The notes under the pieces are model-generated. The model was not told the DNA's origin. It did not search any database and saw only the letters and a program-made list of their open reading frames with translations. DNA of 40,523 nt from a virus: IMG/VR virus record IMGVR_UViG_3300024518_000012, one strand, 5' to 3'. Positions 1-8,757 of the stretch are shown in pieces (the first letter of the stretch is position 1; each line of letters begins with the position of its first letter). The position numbers and the translations under genes are program-made.

Positions 1-59
1 CAAGGCGGACACCAAGGCCGCCGAGGCCATGCTGGCCCTGACCAAGAGGGTCACGGACA
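1..59. repeat. Left copy of an exact 59-bp terminal direct repeat (identical to 40465..40523)
   Basis: caaggcggacaccaaggccgccgaggccatgctggccctgaccaagagggtcacggaca occurs verbatim at both ends of the window. Collapsing it gives a 40,464-bp circular or terminally redundant unit. Confidence 0.95.
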
Positions 60-478
60 TGGAGCAGACCCAGGCCACCCTCGTGACCGAGAATCATGGC
101 CTGAAGAACACCCTGGCCGAGAGGAAGGTCCTGGAGATCGCCTCCAAGGCCATCGCCGCCGGGAAGTCCCCGAAGTTCTTCGACGGCCACACCGAGAACC
201 CGGTCAAGTGGCTGGAGGACCGTTTCGGCGGATCCCTGGCCGCCCTGGAGGCCTCGGTGGACGTCCTCGAAGTCCGGAAGCTCACCGACCCGAAGGTGAA
301 GTCCGGGGGAGGCTCCACCCACGAGGATGGGGACATCATGGCCGCCACCCACAAGCTGGCCGCCGAGAAGGGAATCCCCTTCGTGGAGGCCATGAAGCTG
401 GCCCGGGCCGCCAACCCCGAGAAGTGGGCCGAGATCAGCCAGACCTACGCGGACAAGGCGAGTCCCAGCGGCAACTAG
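1..478 (+). CDS. 3' part of the head protease/scaffold gene (continues 39677..40523 across the circular junction)
   Basis: The frame of ORF 29..478 is open back to base 2. It is in phase with the frame leaving the window at 40523 once the 59-bp overlap is collapsed. The joined product is 421 aa. The C-terminal half is Ala/Lys/Glu-rich and helical, like a scaffold. Confidence 0.8.
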   Translation, partial: KADTKAAEAMLALTKRVTDMEQTQATLVTENHGLKNTLAERKVLEIASKAIAAGKSPKFFDGHTENPVKWLEDRFGGSLAALEASVDVLEVRKLTDPKVKSGGGSTHEDGDIMAATHKLAAEKGIPFVEAMKLARAANPEKWAEISQTYADKASPSGN

Positions 479-544
479 CCCCTGGGCCGAGTTTCGCGCT
501 ACATAAGACCTGGGCCGCCTGTGGGCCCATGAGAGGAGGACGCC

Positions 545-928
545 TTGACCGTCAGAAACGTGGACTTGACAGCCACCTGGGACGAGGGCGAGGACATGAC
601 CGGGGCCATCGGGCTCTGTGTCAACGTCACCGGGGAAAATGAGGTGAGCATTGCCGCCGCCGCCGTTCTCCCCATCGCCGGAATCGTCTACGTGCCCAGC
701 CGGGCCGTGGGCGGTGTCGTCACCGTCCAGCATGGTGGGACCGCCATGGCCATCGCCGGGGCGGCCATCACCGCGGGAGCTCTCCTGACCTCCGATGCCA
801 ACGGGAAGGTTATCGCCACCACCACCGCCACCAACGAGGTCGTTGGAATCGCTCGTGAGTCGGCCGCGGCCATCAACGAGCAGATCATGATTCTCATTCA
901 ACCCAGACGCCACGGTACGGCCGCGTAG
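545..928 (+). CDS. DUF2190-like small head protein (decoration or capsid-associated candidate)
   Basis: TTG start lies 4 nt after GAGGAGGA. The 127-aa Gly/Ala/Val-rich protein sits immediately upstream of the major capsid gene, the usual position of DUF2190 proteins. Confidence 0.55.
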   Translation: MTVRNVDLTATWDEGEDMTGAIGLCVNVTGENEVSIAAAAVLPIAGIVYVPSRAVGGVVTVQHGGTAMAIAGAAITAGALLTSDANGKVIATTTATNEVVGIARESAAAINEQIMILIQPRRHGTAA

Positions 929-949
929 GCCGGGAGGAAAGGAGAGAAA

Positions 950-1915
950 ATGCCACTGCCGAGTACAGTACATTTCGATCAACTCCTGACCGGGGTGATC
1001 GTGGGAGCGGAAAACACGGAACTGGTGGCCGGGGAGGTCCTGGAATCGGTCCCCTCCGCCAACCTCACCGGCAAGATCGCCAAGATGGGTGAGGACCATT
1101 TCCGGATCAACTTCGACGCCAGGCGGGCCAAGACCCCGGCTTTCGAGGTGGACTACGACGTCTCCAGCGTCTCCTTCGAGGCCCTGGAATATGCCGTGGA
1201 ATACCCCGTGGACGACCAGGACAAGGCCCAGTACGATGACCCCTTCGACGCCCTGGCGGACGGGGCCTTCGTGTGCGAGCACAAGATCATGACCCGTCTG
1301 GAGGACCTCGTGGCCACCCTCCTGACCACGGCGGCCAATTACTCCGCCGCGTCGAAGGACGCCACCTCCAGGGACTGGAACGTCCCGGCCACGGGTGTCC
1401 CGGTCTCGGACGTTTCCGTGGGGATCGAGGCCATCCAGGACAAGACGGCCCTTCCGGCCAGCATGATCCATGGGGTCTGTTCCCACAAGGTGTTCCGCTG
1501 GCTCCGCCTGAACGATGAGGTCAAGGAGTCCTATCTGGCAACGTCGCCGGGTGAGGGCAGCCTCGGAGTCATGAACAAGGAGAAGGTGGCCCTGGCCCTC
1601 GGGCTGGCCAGCCTCACGGTGGGATCGGCCATCAAGATCACCTCCAAGAAGGGCGTGACCGCTGTCAAGGCCCCGATCTGGGGAACGGACAAGTTCCTGA
1701 TCTATGGGAAGTCCGGAGGCCGGGTCAACCGCCTACGCCCGGAACTGGGCTTCATCATCCGGCCGACCATCGAGGGGTTCCCGAGCGGGATCAACGCCCT
1801 GGTGGATCGCTACCGGCGGGAGCGGATCAAGTCCGACGTGGTCAGAGCCACGGGGATGATCGACCAGGTCATCGCCAACGATCAGTTCGGTTTCCTCTAC
1901 GATGACATCCTGTAG
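950..1915 (+). CDS. Major capsid protein (HK97 fold, lambda gpE / Mu gpT-like)
   Basis: Strong RBS (GGAGGAAAGGAGAG) and a 321-aa product. It follows the protease/scaffold and DUF2190 genes and is followed by an 11-bp GC hairpin. Sequence character resembles the capsid-E family. Confidence 0.8.
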   Translation: MPLPSTVHFDQLLTGVIVGAENTELVAGEVLESVPSANLTGKIAKMGEDHFRINFDARRAKTPAFEVDYDVSSVSFEALEYAVEYPVDDQDKAQYDDPFDALADGAFVCEHKIMTRLEDLVATLLTTAANYSAASKDATSRDWNVPATGVPVSDVSVGIEAIQDKTALPASMIHGVCSHKVFRWLRLNDEVKESYLATSPGEGSLGVMNKEKVALALGLASLTVGSAIKITSKKGVTAVKAPIWGTDKFLIYGKSGGRVNRLRPELGFIIRPTIEGFPSGINALVDRYRRERIKSDVVRATGMIDQVIANDQFGFLYDDIL

Positions 1916-1934
1916 AGGGTAGGCCTTTTCATCT

Positions 1935-1969
1935 GGGGCCGGGGTGGCCCACCTGCCAACCCCGGCCCC
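1935..1969 (+). terminator. Stem-loop immediately downstream of the major capsid gene
   Basis: GGGGCCGGGGT (1935-1945) pairs perfectly with ACCCCGGCCCC (1959-1969) across a 13-nt loop. It is followed by ATCTTCAAAT. Confidence 0.5.
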
Positions 1970-1996
1970 ATCTTCAAATCCCATGGAGGGCCTACC

Positions 1997-2194
1997 ATGG
2001 CCAAGGCGATGGAAGCGAAACCGAAGGCAGCCGCCACACCCAGGAAAGCCCTGTGTGTCGTTGTGAAGCCCTTCCACCTCATGGACCCGCCCGAGGGTGT
2101 GGGGAAAAAGCCCTACAACCTCGGAGACAATGTCCGCCTCGGGAAGGCCTCCATGGCCTTCATGCTGGAGGCGGAACTGGTCGAGAGAGCGTGA
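1997..2194 (+). CDS. Hypothetical small head-module protein (65 aa)
   Basis: ATG lies 7 nt after GGAGGG. High third-position GC. Confidence 0.6.
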   Translation: MAKAMEAKPKAAATPRKALCVVVKPFHLMDPPEGVGKKPYNLGDNVRLGKASMAFMLEAELVERA

Positions 2195-2206
2195 ATCCAG
2201 CCATTG

Positions 2207-2253
2207 GGGCCGCCTGATCTGTCAGGGGTCGGGACCCCAACCAGCGGCGGCCC
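2207..2253 (+). terminator. Compound hairpin after the capsid gene pair
   Basis: Outer stem is GGGCCGCC (2207-2214) with GGCGGCCC (2246-2253). It encloses an inner GGGGTC/GACCCC element and is followed by TGTGGCTTCGTTG. Confidence 0.4.
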
Positions 2254-2328
2254 TGTGGCTTCGTTGAACCTGGGCCCAGGGCTGGGCCGTTACCCGGCGG
2301 CCCCGGCGGAAAGGGCGGTCCTGATCCG

Positions 2329-2841
2329 ATGCCATTCGATGCTGACGACGCCTACAACGAGATCGAGGATGTAGAGATCCGCCTCGGGATTGGCGCATTC
2401 TCCGCCACCACGTTCCCCACCGATCAGGCCGTTTTCGACTGGATGGCCCAGTTTGCGTCCAAGATCACCGTGGCGGTGGCCGAGGTCGGGCTGACCATCT
2501 CGCCGGACTCCGCCTCCGCGGACCACCTGGACCCCACCACCGACCTCGGGAAGCTCTGCCGGGCCGCCAACGAGCTCAACGCCGCCGGTCAGGTCCTCCT
2601 GGCTCTGGACGAGAGGGCCGAGGGTAAGGAGGTCTCGGGGACCCCGAAGCTCTACCTGGACATGGCCTCGGCCATGCTGGAGGGGTGTGTCTCCATCGCC
2701 GCCATCCAGGCCGGAGGCTCCGGGGATGTCCGGACCCACACCACCACCGGGGGGATCACCTCGACGTCCTACACCGAGGATCCCAACCTGGGCGAGGAGA
2801 GATCCAGGTCGGACGGATGGAGCCTGGACACCAAGAATTGA
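2329..2841 (+). CDS. Hypothetical structural protein (possible head-tail adaptor)
   Basis: 170-aa ORF with good codon bias. Function is assigned by position only, between the capsid and neck/tail genes. Confidence 0.55.
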   Translation: MPFDADDAYNEIEDVEIRLGIGAFSATTFPTDQAVFDWMAQFASKITVAVAEVGLTISPDSASADHLDPTTDLGKLCRAANELNAAGQVLLALDERAEGKEVSGTPKLYLDMASAMLEGCVSIAAIQAGGSGDVRTHTTTGGITSTSYTEDPNLGEERSRSDGWSLDTKN

Positions 2842-2855
2842 GGAGGACCAGCCTC

Positions 2856-3071
2856 GTGAAGATCAAGGCAAAACACACCTACCGGATCCGCAACTCCAGG
2901 GGCCTGGAGGACCTGGGGGATCAGTTGACCGGATGGGTTATCCTCCCCAACCAGGAACTGGAGGTGACCGAGGCACAGGCCTTGATCCTGTCCTCCAAGG
3001 GCCTCCGGTTCACCTCCGTGGCCACCGGGGAGTCCCCGGTCAAGCCCAGGCGGAGGGGGACGTCCAAGTGA
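2856..3071 (+). CDS. Hypothetical small structural protein (71 aa)
   Basis: GTG start lies 8 nt after AGGAGGA. The upstream part of track ORF 2685..3071 is Arg/Pro/Gly junk, so it was trimmed. Confidence 0.55.
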   Translation: MKIKAKHTYRIRNSRGLEDLGDQLTGWVILPNQELEVTEAQALILSSKGLRFTSVATGESPVKPRRRGTSK

Positions 3072-3568
3072 TCTCGGCCTCCGCCAAGGCCAACCCGAGA
3101 CTCCGGGACCTCCACCGCCTCATGACCCCATCCAAGGAGGCCGTGGCGGATGCCACCGAGGACGCCGATAAGGTGTTCCGCCGGATCGAGCGGACGCTAT
3201 TCTCCAGCCAGGGGAAGTCCGGGGGGAAGCCCTGGCCTGCCCTCTCGACCAGGTACGCAAAGTGGAAGGCCAGAAGGTTCCCTGGGCGGAAGATCCTCAC
3301 CTTGCGCGGAGACTTACGCCGGAGCTTGACCGATAAGGGCGGTGAACACCTGGCGCATTCCTTCCGCGGGCCCCGAGGCTGGGTCATCCGTCTGGGGACG
3401 TCCCACTGGAAGGCCCCACTTCACGCCATGGGGGCTGGCAACCTGCCCGTCCGTCGGCCCATCCAGTTGACAGGGGCTGACCGGGAGGCCCTGGCCGGGG
3501 CCGTGTCCCGGGCCTTCATCCCTCACGTCCAGAGGGCAGTCCGGGCCATGGCAGCGGGGGCCAGGTAG
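3068..3568 (+). CDS. Virion morphogenesis / tail completion protein (P2 gpS / Mu gpG-like)
   Basis: GTGA overlap with the preceding stop. The motif run W-x-ALS...KIL-x-L-x-G-x-L...LGT...LH-x-x-G-x-G-x-LP-x-R-x-P matches the virion-morphogenesis family pattern from memory. The start is trimmed from track ORF 2687..3568. Confidence 0.55.
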   Translation: MISASAKANPRLRDLHRLMTPSKEAVADATEDADKVFRRIERTLFSSQGKSGGKPWPALSTRYAKWKARRFPGRKILTLRGDLRRSLTDKGGEHLAHSFRGPRGWVIRLGTSHWKAPLHAMGAGNLPVRRPIQLTGADREALAGAVSRAFIPHVQRAVRAMAAGAR

Positions 3569-4189
3569 ATGGCGGTCACCCTCGGAGAGGCGGTCCGCCA
3601 GTATGCCCTGGAGTATTTCCAAGACTCGTACAATGCCGAGCTCCTGAAGATCGACAAGGAGCGGGATGACGGGATCGTCTTGGTCCCGGTGGAATCCTGG
3701 TTCAGTTTCGAGAGGGCCGAGAGGAAGATATCCAAGGCCACCATGGAGGTATTCACGCCTCCTGTCACGGACGCCGGGTCCTTCCCGATCTGGTTCAGGA
3801 ACGTGGGGGCCTACACCGCGGGGGTGAAGGACACCCTGGCTTTCGACCAGATCCTGGAGGTCATCGTATCCCACCGGCCAGTCCTGGACGGCCTGGACGC
3901 CGCGGTGGGCGGGAACGAGGCCAACACCAGGAACAGGTCGGACAGATACGCCGCGGCCGTCGCCAGGCTGGTCAGGAACGATCCCAGGCTGGGGTCAACA
4001 GATTCAGGGGCCAGGACGATTGTGGCCGTCCCGTTGGGTTACACTGTAGCCCACAGCGAGGGCCGGAACAGGTACGAGATGGTCCGGTTCCAGTTTCGGG
4101 TGAGTGTAGCTGAATCGGCCACCGGGGAGGACACCGTGGGAGGTGGTACAGTACCGGTGGCCCTACAGGATCAGGTGTTACCGGCCTAG
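3569..4189 (+). CDS. Hypothetical neck/tail protein (206 aa)
   Basis: ATG directly abuts the previous TAG stop. Good codon bias. It lies upstream of the tail tube gene. Confidence 0.6.
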   Translation: MAVTLGEAVRQYALEYFQDSYNAELLKIDKERDDGIVLVPVESWFSFERAERKISKATMEVFTPPVTDAGSFPIWFRNVGAYTAGVKDTLAFDQILEVIVSHRPVLDGLDAAVGGNEANTRNRSDRYAAAVARLVRNDPRLGSTDSGARTIVAVPLGYTVAHSEGRNRYEMVRFQFRVSVAESATGEDTVGGGTVPVALQDQVLPA

Positions 4190-4210
4190 GGCCGGAGGAG
4201 GACCGAGGCC

Positions 4211-5182
4211 ATGGCCATCATTCGAATCGGGAAATCCGTTGTGGGGATCAAGCCGGAGACCGTGGCCGATCACACCTACAACGAACCCGCCGCCGCCGAG
4301 GCCTTCCCGGCCTTCGATATCCAGTTCTCCCCGGACGGGGAGCTTTTCAAGAACCCCGAGGCCACGGGCCACTACGGGAAGCTGGCAGGGGTCCCGGGCG
4401 CGGGCCTGGGCCAGATCAGTTTCAAGGTAATCATGAGGGGGATGGGGAGCGTGGCGGACGTCCCGCCCCACTTCAACCAGGCCCTCATGGCCGCGGGCCT
4501 CTCGGAGACCATCACCGGGGCCACCAATGTGATCTACAAGCCCGCCTCCAGCTTCGACGGGAACGGGACCACGGGCAACCCGGCCATCTCCTACTCCGTT
4601 TGCGCCTGGCACGATGGCATCAAATACGCCATCAAGGGGGCCGCGGGGAACGTGGTATTCACCTGGACCATGGGCCAGGGCGTAGAGGCGGCCTTTACTT
4701 TCTCCGGGGCCTACGTGGACAACGAGGACGAGGCCGTCCCCACCCCGGTGACCGTGTCCAACGAGGTGGCCCCGACCTTCCTGGATGCCGGGTTCTCCGT
4801 CCTCGGGGATGAGGTCTGCATCGAGTCGTTCTCGGTGGATATGAACGGGGTCCTGGCCCGGATCGTGTGCGCCAACGATGCCAACGGGGTCAAGGGATAC
4901 GCCATCACCGACCGGACCATCCAGGGGACCATGAACCCCAACCAGGAACTGGTGGCGGACAAGGACTTCCTGGGAGAGTGGCGGGCCGGGACGGTCGGAG
5001 CCTTGCTCCACGCCGCCCTCGGGGCCGCCACGAATCAGATCACGTTCAACGCCCCGGTGGTCCAGTACGACACCCCGGGGGTCGGTGATCGAGAGGGTAT
5101 CCAGATCCTGGACATCCCCTTTTTCATCAACATCGCGGGGGCCGGGGCCGAGGGCTCCGACTTCTCGCTGACCTTCAGCTAG
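4211..5182 (+). CDS. Major tail (tube) protein
   Basis: RBS is GGAGGAGGA. The 323-aa beta-rich protein sits directly upstream of the G/GT chaperones and the tape measure, the canonical siphovirus order. Confidence 0.7.
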   Translation: MAIIRIGKSVVGIKPETVADHTYNEPAAAEAFPAFDIQFSPDGELFKNPEATGHYGKLAGVPGAGLGQISFKVIMRGMGSVADVPPHFNQALMAAGLSETITGATNVIYKPASSFDGNGTTGNPAISYSVCAWHDGIKYAIKGAAGNVVFTWTMGQGVEAAFTFSGAYVDNEDEAVPTPVTVSNEVAPTFLDAGFSVLGDEVCIESFSVDMNGVLARIVCANDANGVKGYAITDRTIQGTMNPNQELVADKDFLGEWRAGTVGALLHAALGAATNQITFNAPVVQYDTPGVGDREGIQILDIPFFINIAGAGAEGSDFSLTFS

Positions 5183-5264
5183 ACGCTACAGACGCAAGGT
5201 GGGCCGGGGTGGGGATAGTCTCCATCCTGGTCCCAAATACCACCCACCAGTAACGGAGGACCCT

Positions 5265-5615
5265 ATGTCCTACAGGTTCAACCTGGCGGTTCCGGACGAG
5301 GACCGCTGGCGATTCGAGACGTTCACAGACAAGGGGGGCTCCATGCAAGTGGAGCTTTTCTCGCCCAACTCGGACGAGTACCTCCAGTTCTCCAGCCAGT
5401 TCAAGCTCCACACCCATGAGGCGGACTGGGACGGAGCTCTCCGGTTCATGGCCGAGAAGTTCTTCCGGGACTTCGTGGGGGCCGAGGGCCCCGAGGGTCC
5501 CATCGAGAACACCCTGGAGAACCGTGTGGCCATCCTGAAGGCCAACCGGTCCCTGTTCGATCTGGTGTTCATGAAGATCCGAGAGGCCCCGGGTATCGAG
5601 AACGGAAAAAACTGA
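5265..5615 (+). CDS. Tail assembly chaperone (gpG-like, 116 aa)
   Basis: ATG lies 4 nt after ACGGAGGA. The acidic small protein ends ...ENGKN* within the slippery heptamer. It lies immediately upstream of the tape measure gene. Confidence 0.8.
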   Translation: MSYRFNLAVPDEDRWRFETFTDKGGSMQVELFSPNSDEYLQFSSQFKLHTHEADWDGALRFMAEKFFRDFVGAEGPEGPIENTLENRVAILKANRSLFDLVFMKIREAPGIENGKN

Positions 5616-6022
5616 GACAGCGGGACCGCCTCCTCCGCTGGGCGGTCCCGCTCCTGAAGGCCAAGCCGGGGGTGATCCCGGACGACCACTCCCGATGCCT
5701 CCGGGCCCGAGAGGTGGACCGATGCCTGAAATGCCAGGCGGACGGAAGGCTCCGGCCCACGGACCTGACCGTGGTCTGGTTCCTTCAGTATGTCCAGGAC
5801 CAGGCGGTGACGGTGGTACCCTTCGCCACCCAGGACAAGAAGATACACAAGGCCCCTCGGATGGAGGGGTGGCTGGCCTGGGCCGACGTCCTGGGGATCC
5901 CCCAGGGCCCACGGGAATGGCTTTTCACGATGACCAGGGCCCTGTGGCTGGCAGTGGAGGAGGGGACACAGATAGGCCATCTGTTAAGGCTCCCACCGGA
6001 CGATCCGAGATTTCAGGAGTAG
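5265..6022 (+). CDS. Tail assembly chaperone G-T fusion made by a -1 frameshift at 5606-5612 (about 252 aa)
   Basis: The -1 frame is open from 5612 to the stop at 6020-6022, 3 nt before the tape-measure ATG. Effective coordinates are join(5265..5612,5612..6022). Confidence 0.7.
5606..5652 (+). promoter_or_regulatory. Programmed -1 ribosomal frameshift signal (slippery heptamer plus stimulatory hairpin)
   Basis: A_AAA_AAC sits at 5606-5612 in the zero frame (AAA=K, AAC=N, then TGA). After a 6-nt spacer comes a perfect 12-bp stem, AGCGGGACCGCC (5619-5630) with GGCGGTCCCGCT (5641-5652), and a 10-nt loop. Confidence 0.8.
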
Positions 6023-6025
6023 GCC

Positions 6026-8380
6026 ATGGGTGAAGGTGGAAGGGTTCCGGGAGTCTTTTTCGACTTCACGGTGGACACGGATGGCCTGGACACCCTCCGC
6101 CAGTGGGAGAGCCAGTTCTCATCTGTGGGGTCTGCCGCCGAGGGGGCGGCCGGGGCCGTCACCACCTCATTTGATGGAGTAGGGGCGTCCGTCGAGGGGG
6201 CCGGGGACGCCGCCGAGGACGCCTCTAAGCAGATCGAGGACGCCTCGGACGCCACCAAGCAGGCCGGGGACTCCGCCGATGCCACCACGTCCAAAATGGA
6301 CGCCTTGGGGCAGGCCGGGGAGGAGCTCGGCGGGCCCTTCGGTCGGTTGGTCCGGACCTTCCAGAATGCCAAGAAGTCCCTGGCATCCGTCAAGGCCGCC
6401 TCCGCCTCCGCCGGGATCTCTCTCAAGACCCTGGCCGTCGTGGCCGTCGGGGCCGCCGCCGCCGTGGTCGGGATCGTGGTGGCCGTCAAGGCTGCCCGGG
6501 CTGCCATGGCGGGCCTGGCGAAGTTCACCGCGGATTCCACCATCAAGGCCGGGGCCTACCGGGCGGAGGTGGCCAACTTGGCCGCCACCCTCAAGGGCCT
6601 GGGGATCAACACCGACGAGACCAGAAACTCCATGCTGGACTACGCCGATGAGATCGCCATTGCAACGAACCTAACGAGGGAGCAGGCCAGGGCGGCCCAG
6701 GTCCTCGGGCTGAATATGGGGGCCTCCGCGGAACAGGTCAATGACCTGGCCCTGGCGGCGGCCAATATGGCGGCGGCCAACCCGCTTATCGAGTCCGCGG
6801 ACCAGGCTATCCGACAGATCGCCAAGACCCTCGGAGGTATGTCCGGAGAGATCGGGGAATTGATCCCCGAAGTGGTCGAACTGACGGCCGAGGAGCGGAA
6901 ACAGGGAATCGTAATTGACCTGATAAACGAGAAGTACGCCGGTTTGGCGGTGGCCCTCGGCCGGACACTCCCGGCCGCCATCCAGGAAACTCAGGATTCA
7001 TTCGACAGCCTCCAGGAGGCCATCGGCGGGCCGTTCTCCGAGGTCCTGGAGATCCTCCTAAACGAGGGAATCAACCCCCTGATTCGGGAGTTCACCACCG
7101 CCACCGAGGGGGCGGACCTGTTCCGTGTGGCCGTGTTCCGCCTCGGGATCGCCATGGCCAGGGAGGCCGAGAAGGCCGTGGCCCTTGGCCAGGGGATAGC
7201 CCTCCTGGGTGTCCTCATGAGGCAGGCCGGGGCCAACGAGACCCTGGCGGCCCTCAACTCTGTCCGGGATAGGCTCCAGGCGATCCAGATCGAGATGGCG
7301 GCCATAGCGGTCCTCGGGCCGGACTTCCTGGCCAGTAGCCTCGGGGAGGGTGATACCCCCGAGCCTCCGGCACCCACGGAGGCGGCCCCGGCCCTGGGCT
7401 TTGGCCTGGATGAGATCATCAAGGGCCCGGCCGAGCTTGCCAAGTTCTCCGAGGCCATAAGCCGGGCCGCGGCGGACGTCAAGGAGCTTGGTCTGGACCA
7501 GGCGGATGTCACCATTGTTGGAAAACAACTCATAGATACCATCACGGATCAGATCCGGGAATACCAGGACCTGGGATTCGAGACCTCTGCGGCGGACGAG
7601 GCCCTCCAGGCCTTCATGGAGACGCTACAGGTCTACGCCACGGACGTAGGCCTACTAGCCACCCAGGCCACCGCCAGCCATTTCCAGACCGTCATGGCCC
7701 TCAGGGAGGAACTGACCCTCCTCCAGGAGCAGGGCTTCGAGATCACGGATGTCATGCTGGACCAGGCAGACGCCATCGCAGAGACTGCATCCCAGATGGA
7801 GCTCTACGCCCAGGGTGCAGAACTGGCCGTGGGGGTCTCCCATGACCTGGCGGCGGCCTTTGTCCAGCAGGCCTTGGCCAGCGAGAAGTCCGGCAAGAAT
7901 GCGGTGAAGGCCGGGAAGCTCATAATCTCCGCGGTCCTCAAAACCGTGGCCCAGATCGCCACAATCAAGGCCACCGAGTCTATAGCCACCGGGCTCCTGG
8001 CCCTGGCCCAGAAGGACTATGCCGGGGCCGCCGCCGCCTTCGGGGCCGCGGTCCTGTGGGGCACGTTGGCCGGGGCCGCCTCTGGTGCAGCCGCCGCCGT
8101 GGCCTCCAGCGAGTCGGAGCCGGAACGTCCGGCGGTGGTCACCCAGCAAGAGCAGGCTGGACCCCGGCCGGTGTCCGGTAGCACAGGGGCCGGGTCGGCC
8201 ATCCCCGAGGGCTCGATCCTGGTTAACCAGACGGGACAGGAATTCCAACCGGCCGCCACCGCCTCGACCATCATTATCCAGGCCTTCGATGCCCAGAGCG
8301 TACTGGACAAGATCGAGACAGATTCAGACTTCAGAGAGGCCCTGGGGGTGGCCCAGGCTATCGAGTTCCAGGAGGCCTGA
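6026..8380 (+). CDS. Tail tape measure protein (784 aa)
   Basis: Long Ala/Glu/Leu-rich helical protein with hydrophobic segments (e.g. LAVVAVGAAAAVVGIVVAV). It lies directly after the G/GT chaperones. Confidence 0.9.
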   Translation: MGEGGRVPGVFFDFTVDTDGLDTLRQWESQFSSVGSAAEGAAGAVTTSFDGVGASVEGAGDAAEDASKQIEDASDATKQAGDSADATTSKMDALGQAGEELGGPFGRLVRTFQNAKKSLASVKAASASAGISLKTLAVVAVGAAAAVVGIVVAVKAARAAMAGLAKFTADSTIKAGAYRAEVANLAATLKGLGINTDETRNSMLDYADEIAIATNLTREQARAAQVLGLNMGASAEQVNDLALAAANMAAANPLIESADQAIRQIAKTLGGMSGEIGELIPEVVELTAEERKQGIVIDLINEKYAGLAVALGRTLPAAIQETQDSFDSLQEAIGGPFSEVLEILLNEGINPLIREFTTATEGADLFRVAVFRLGIAMAREAEKAVALGQGIALLGVLMRQAGANETLAALNSVRDRLQAIQIEMAAIAVLGPDFLASSLGEGDTPEPPAPTEAAPALGFGLDEIIKGPAELAKFSEAISRAAADVKELGLDQADVTIVGKQLIDTITDQIREYQDLGFETSAADEALQAFMETLQVYATDVGLLATQATASHFQTVMALREELTLLQEQGFEITDVMLDQADAIAETASQMELYAQGAELAVGVSHDLAAAFVQQALASEKSGKNAVKAGKLIISAVLKTVAQIATIKATESIATGLLALAQKDYAGAAAAFGAAVLWGTLAGAASGAAAAVASSESEPERPAVVTQQEQAGPRPVSGSTGAGSAIPEGSILVNQTGQEFQPAATASTIIIQAFDAQSVLDKIETDSDFREALGVAQAIEFQEA

Positions 8381-8382
8381 CC

Positions 8383-8754
8383 ATGGCTGGAGTTCTGACA
8401 CCGAGCCTTCGGACGCTGGGGTTCTCCCATGCCGTCCCCTTTCCACAGACCGAGTCCGACTTCCAGGTGGTCCGGGAGCGGTTCCCGACCGGGGAATCCC
8501 AGGCATGGATCAACGGGGCCGGGGTGGAGCTTCGAGCCTGGAGCCTCCCCTATGGCCTGACCAAGGCCAACTTCCTGACCCTCAAGGCCTTCTGGGATGC
8601 CAGACAGGGGGAGTACGAGGTCCATTACTGGGACGATCCCTTTAGCGGGGAGGATGACATCAAGGTGGCCTTTAGCCCTGGCCAACAGCCCAGATGGAAC
8701 CGGCGGTGGGTCAACTGGGGTGAGGTAACCCTGACAATTATCGAGGTGGCCTGA
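8383..8754 (+). CDS. Minor tail protein (lambda gpM-like by position, 123 aa)
   Basis: First gene after the tape measure. RBS is CAGGAGG. Size and position match gpM-type distal tail proteins. Confidence 0.5.
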   Translation: MAGVLTPSLRTLGFSHAVPFPQTESDFQVVRERFPTGESQAWINGAGVELRAWSLPYGLTKANFLTLKAFWDARQGEYEVHYWDDPFSGEDDIKVAFSPGQQPRWNRRWVNWGEVTLTIIEVA

Positions 8755-8757
8755 CCT

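Noticed and set aside
2687-3568. Long N-terminal extensions of track ORFs, e.g. 2687..3568, 20682..22514, 24793..25452, 31340..32566, 36518..39118 and 19606..20349.
   Set aside because: The upstream parts are Pro/Arg/Gly junk that overlap other genes or promoters. Internal starts with GGAG-type RBS or stop-start coupling give compact, non-overlapping genes.
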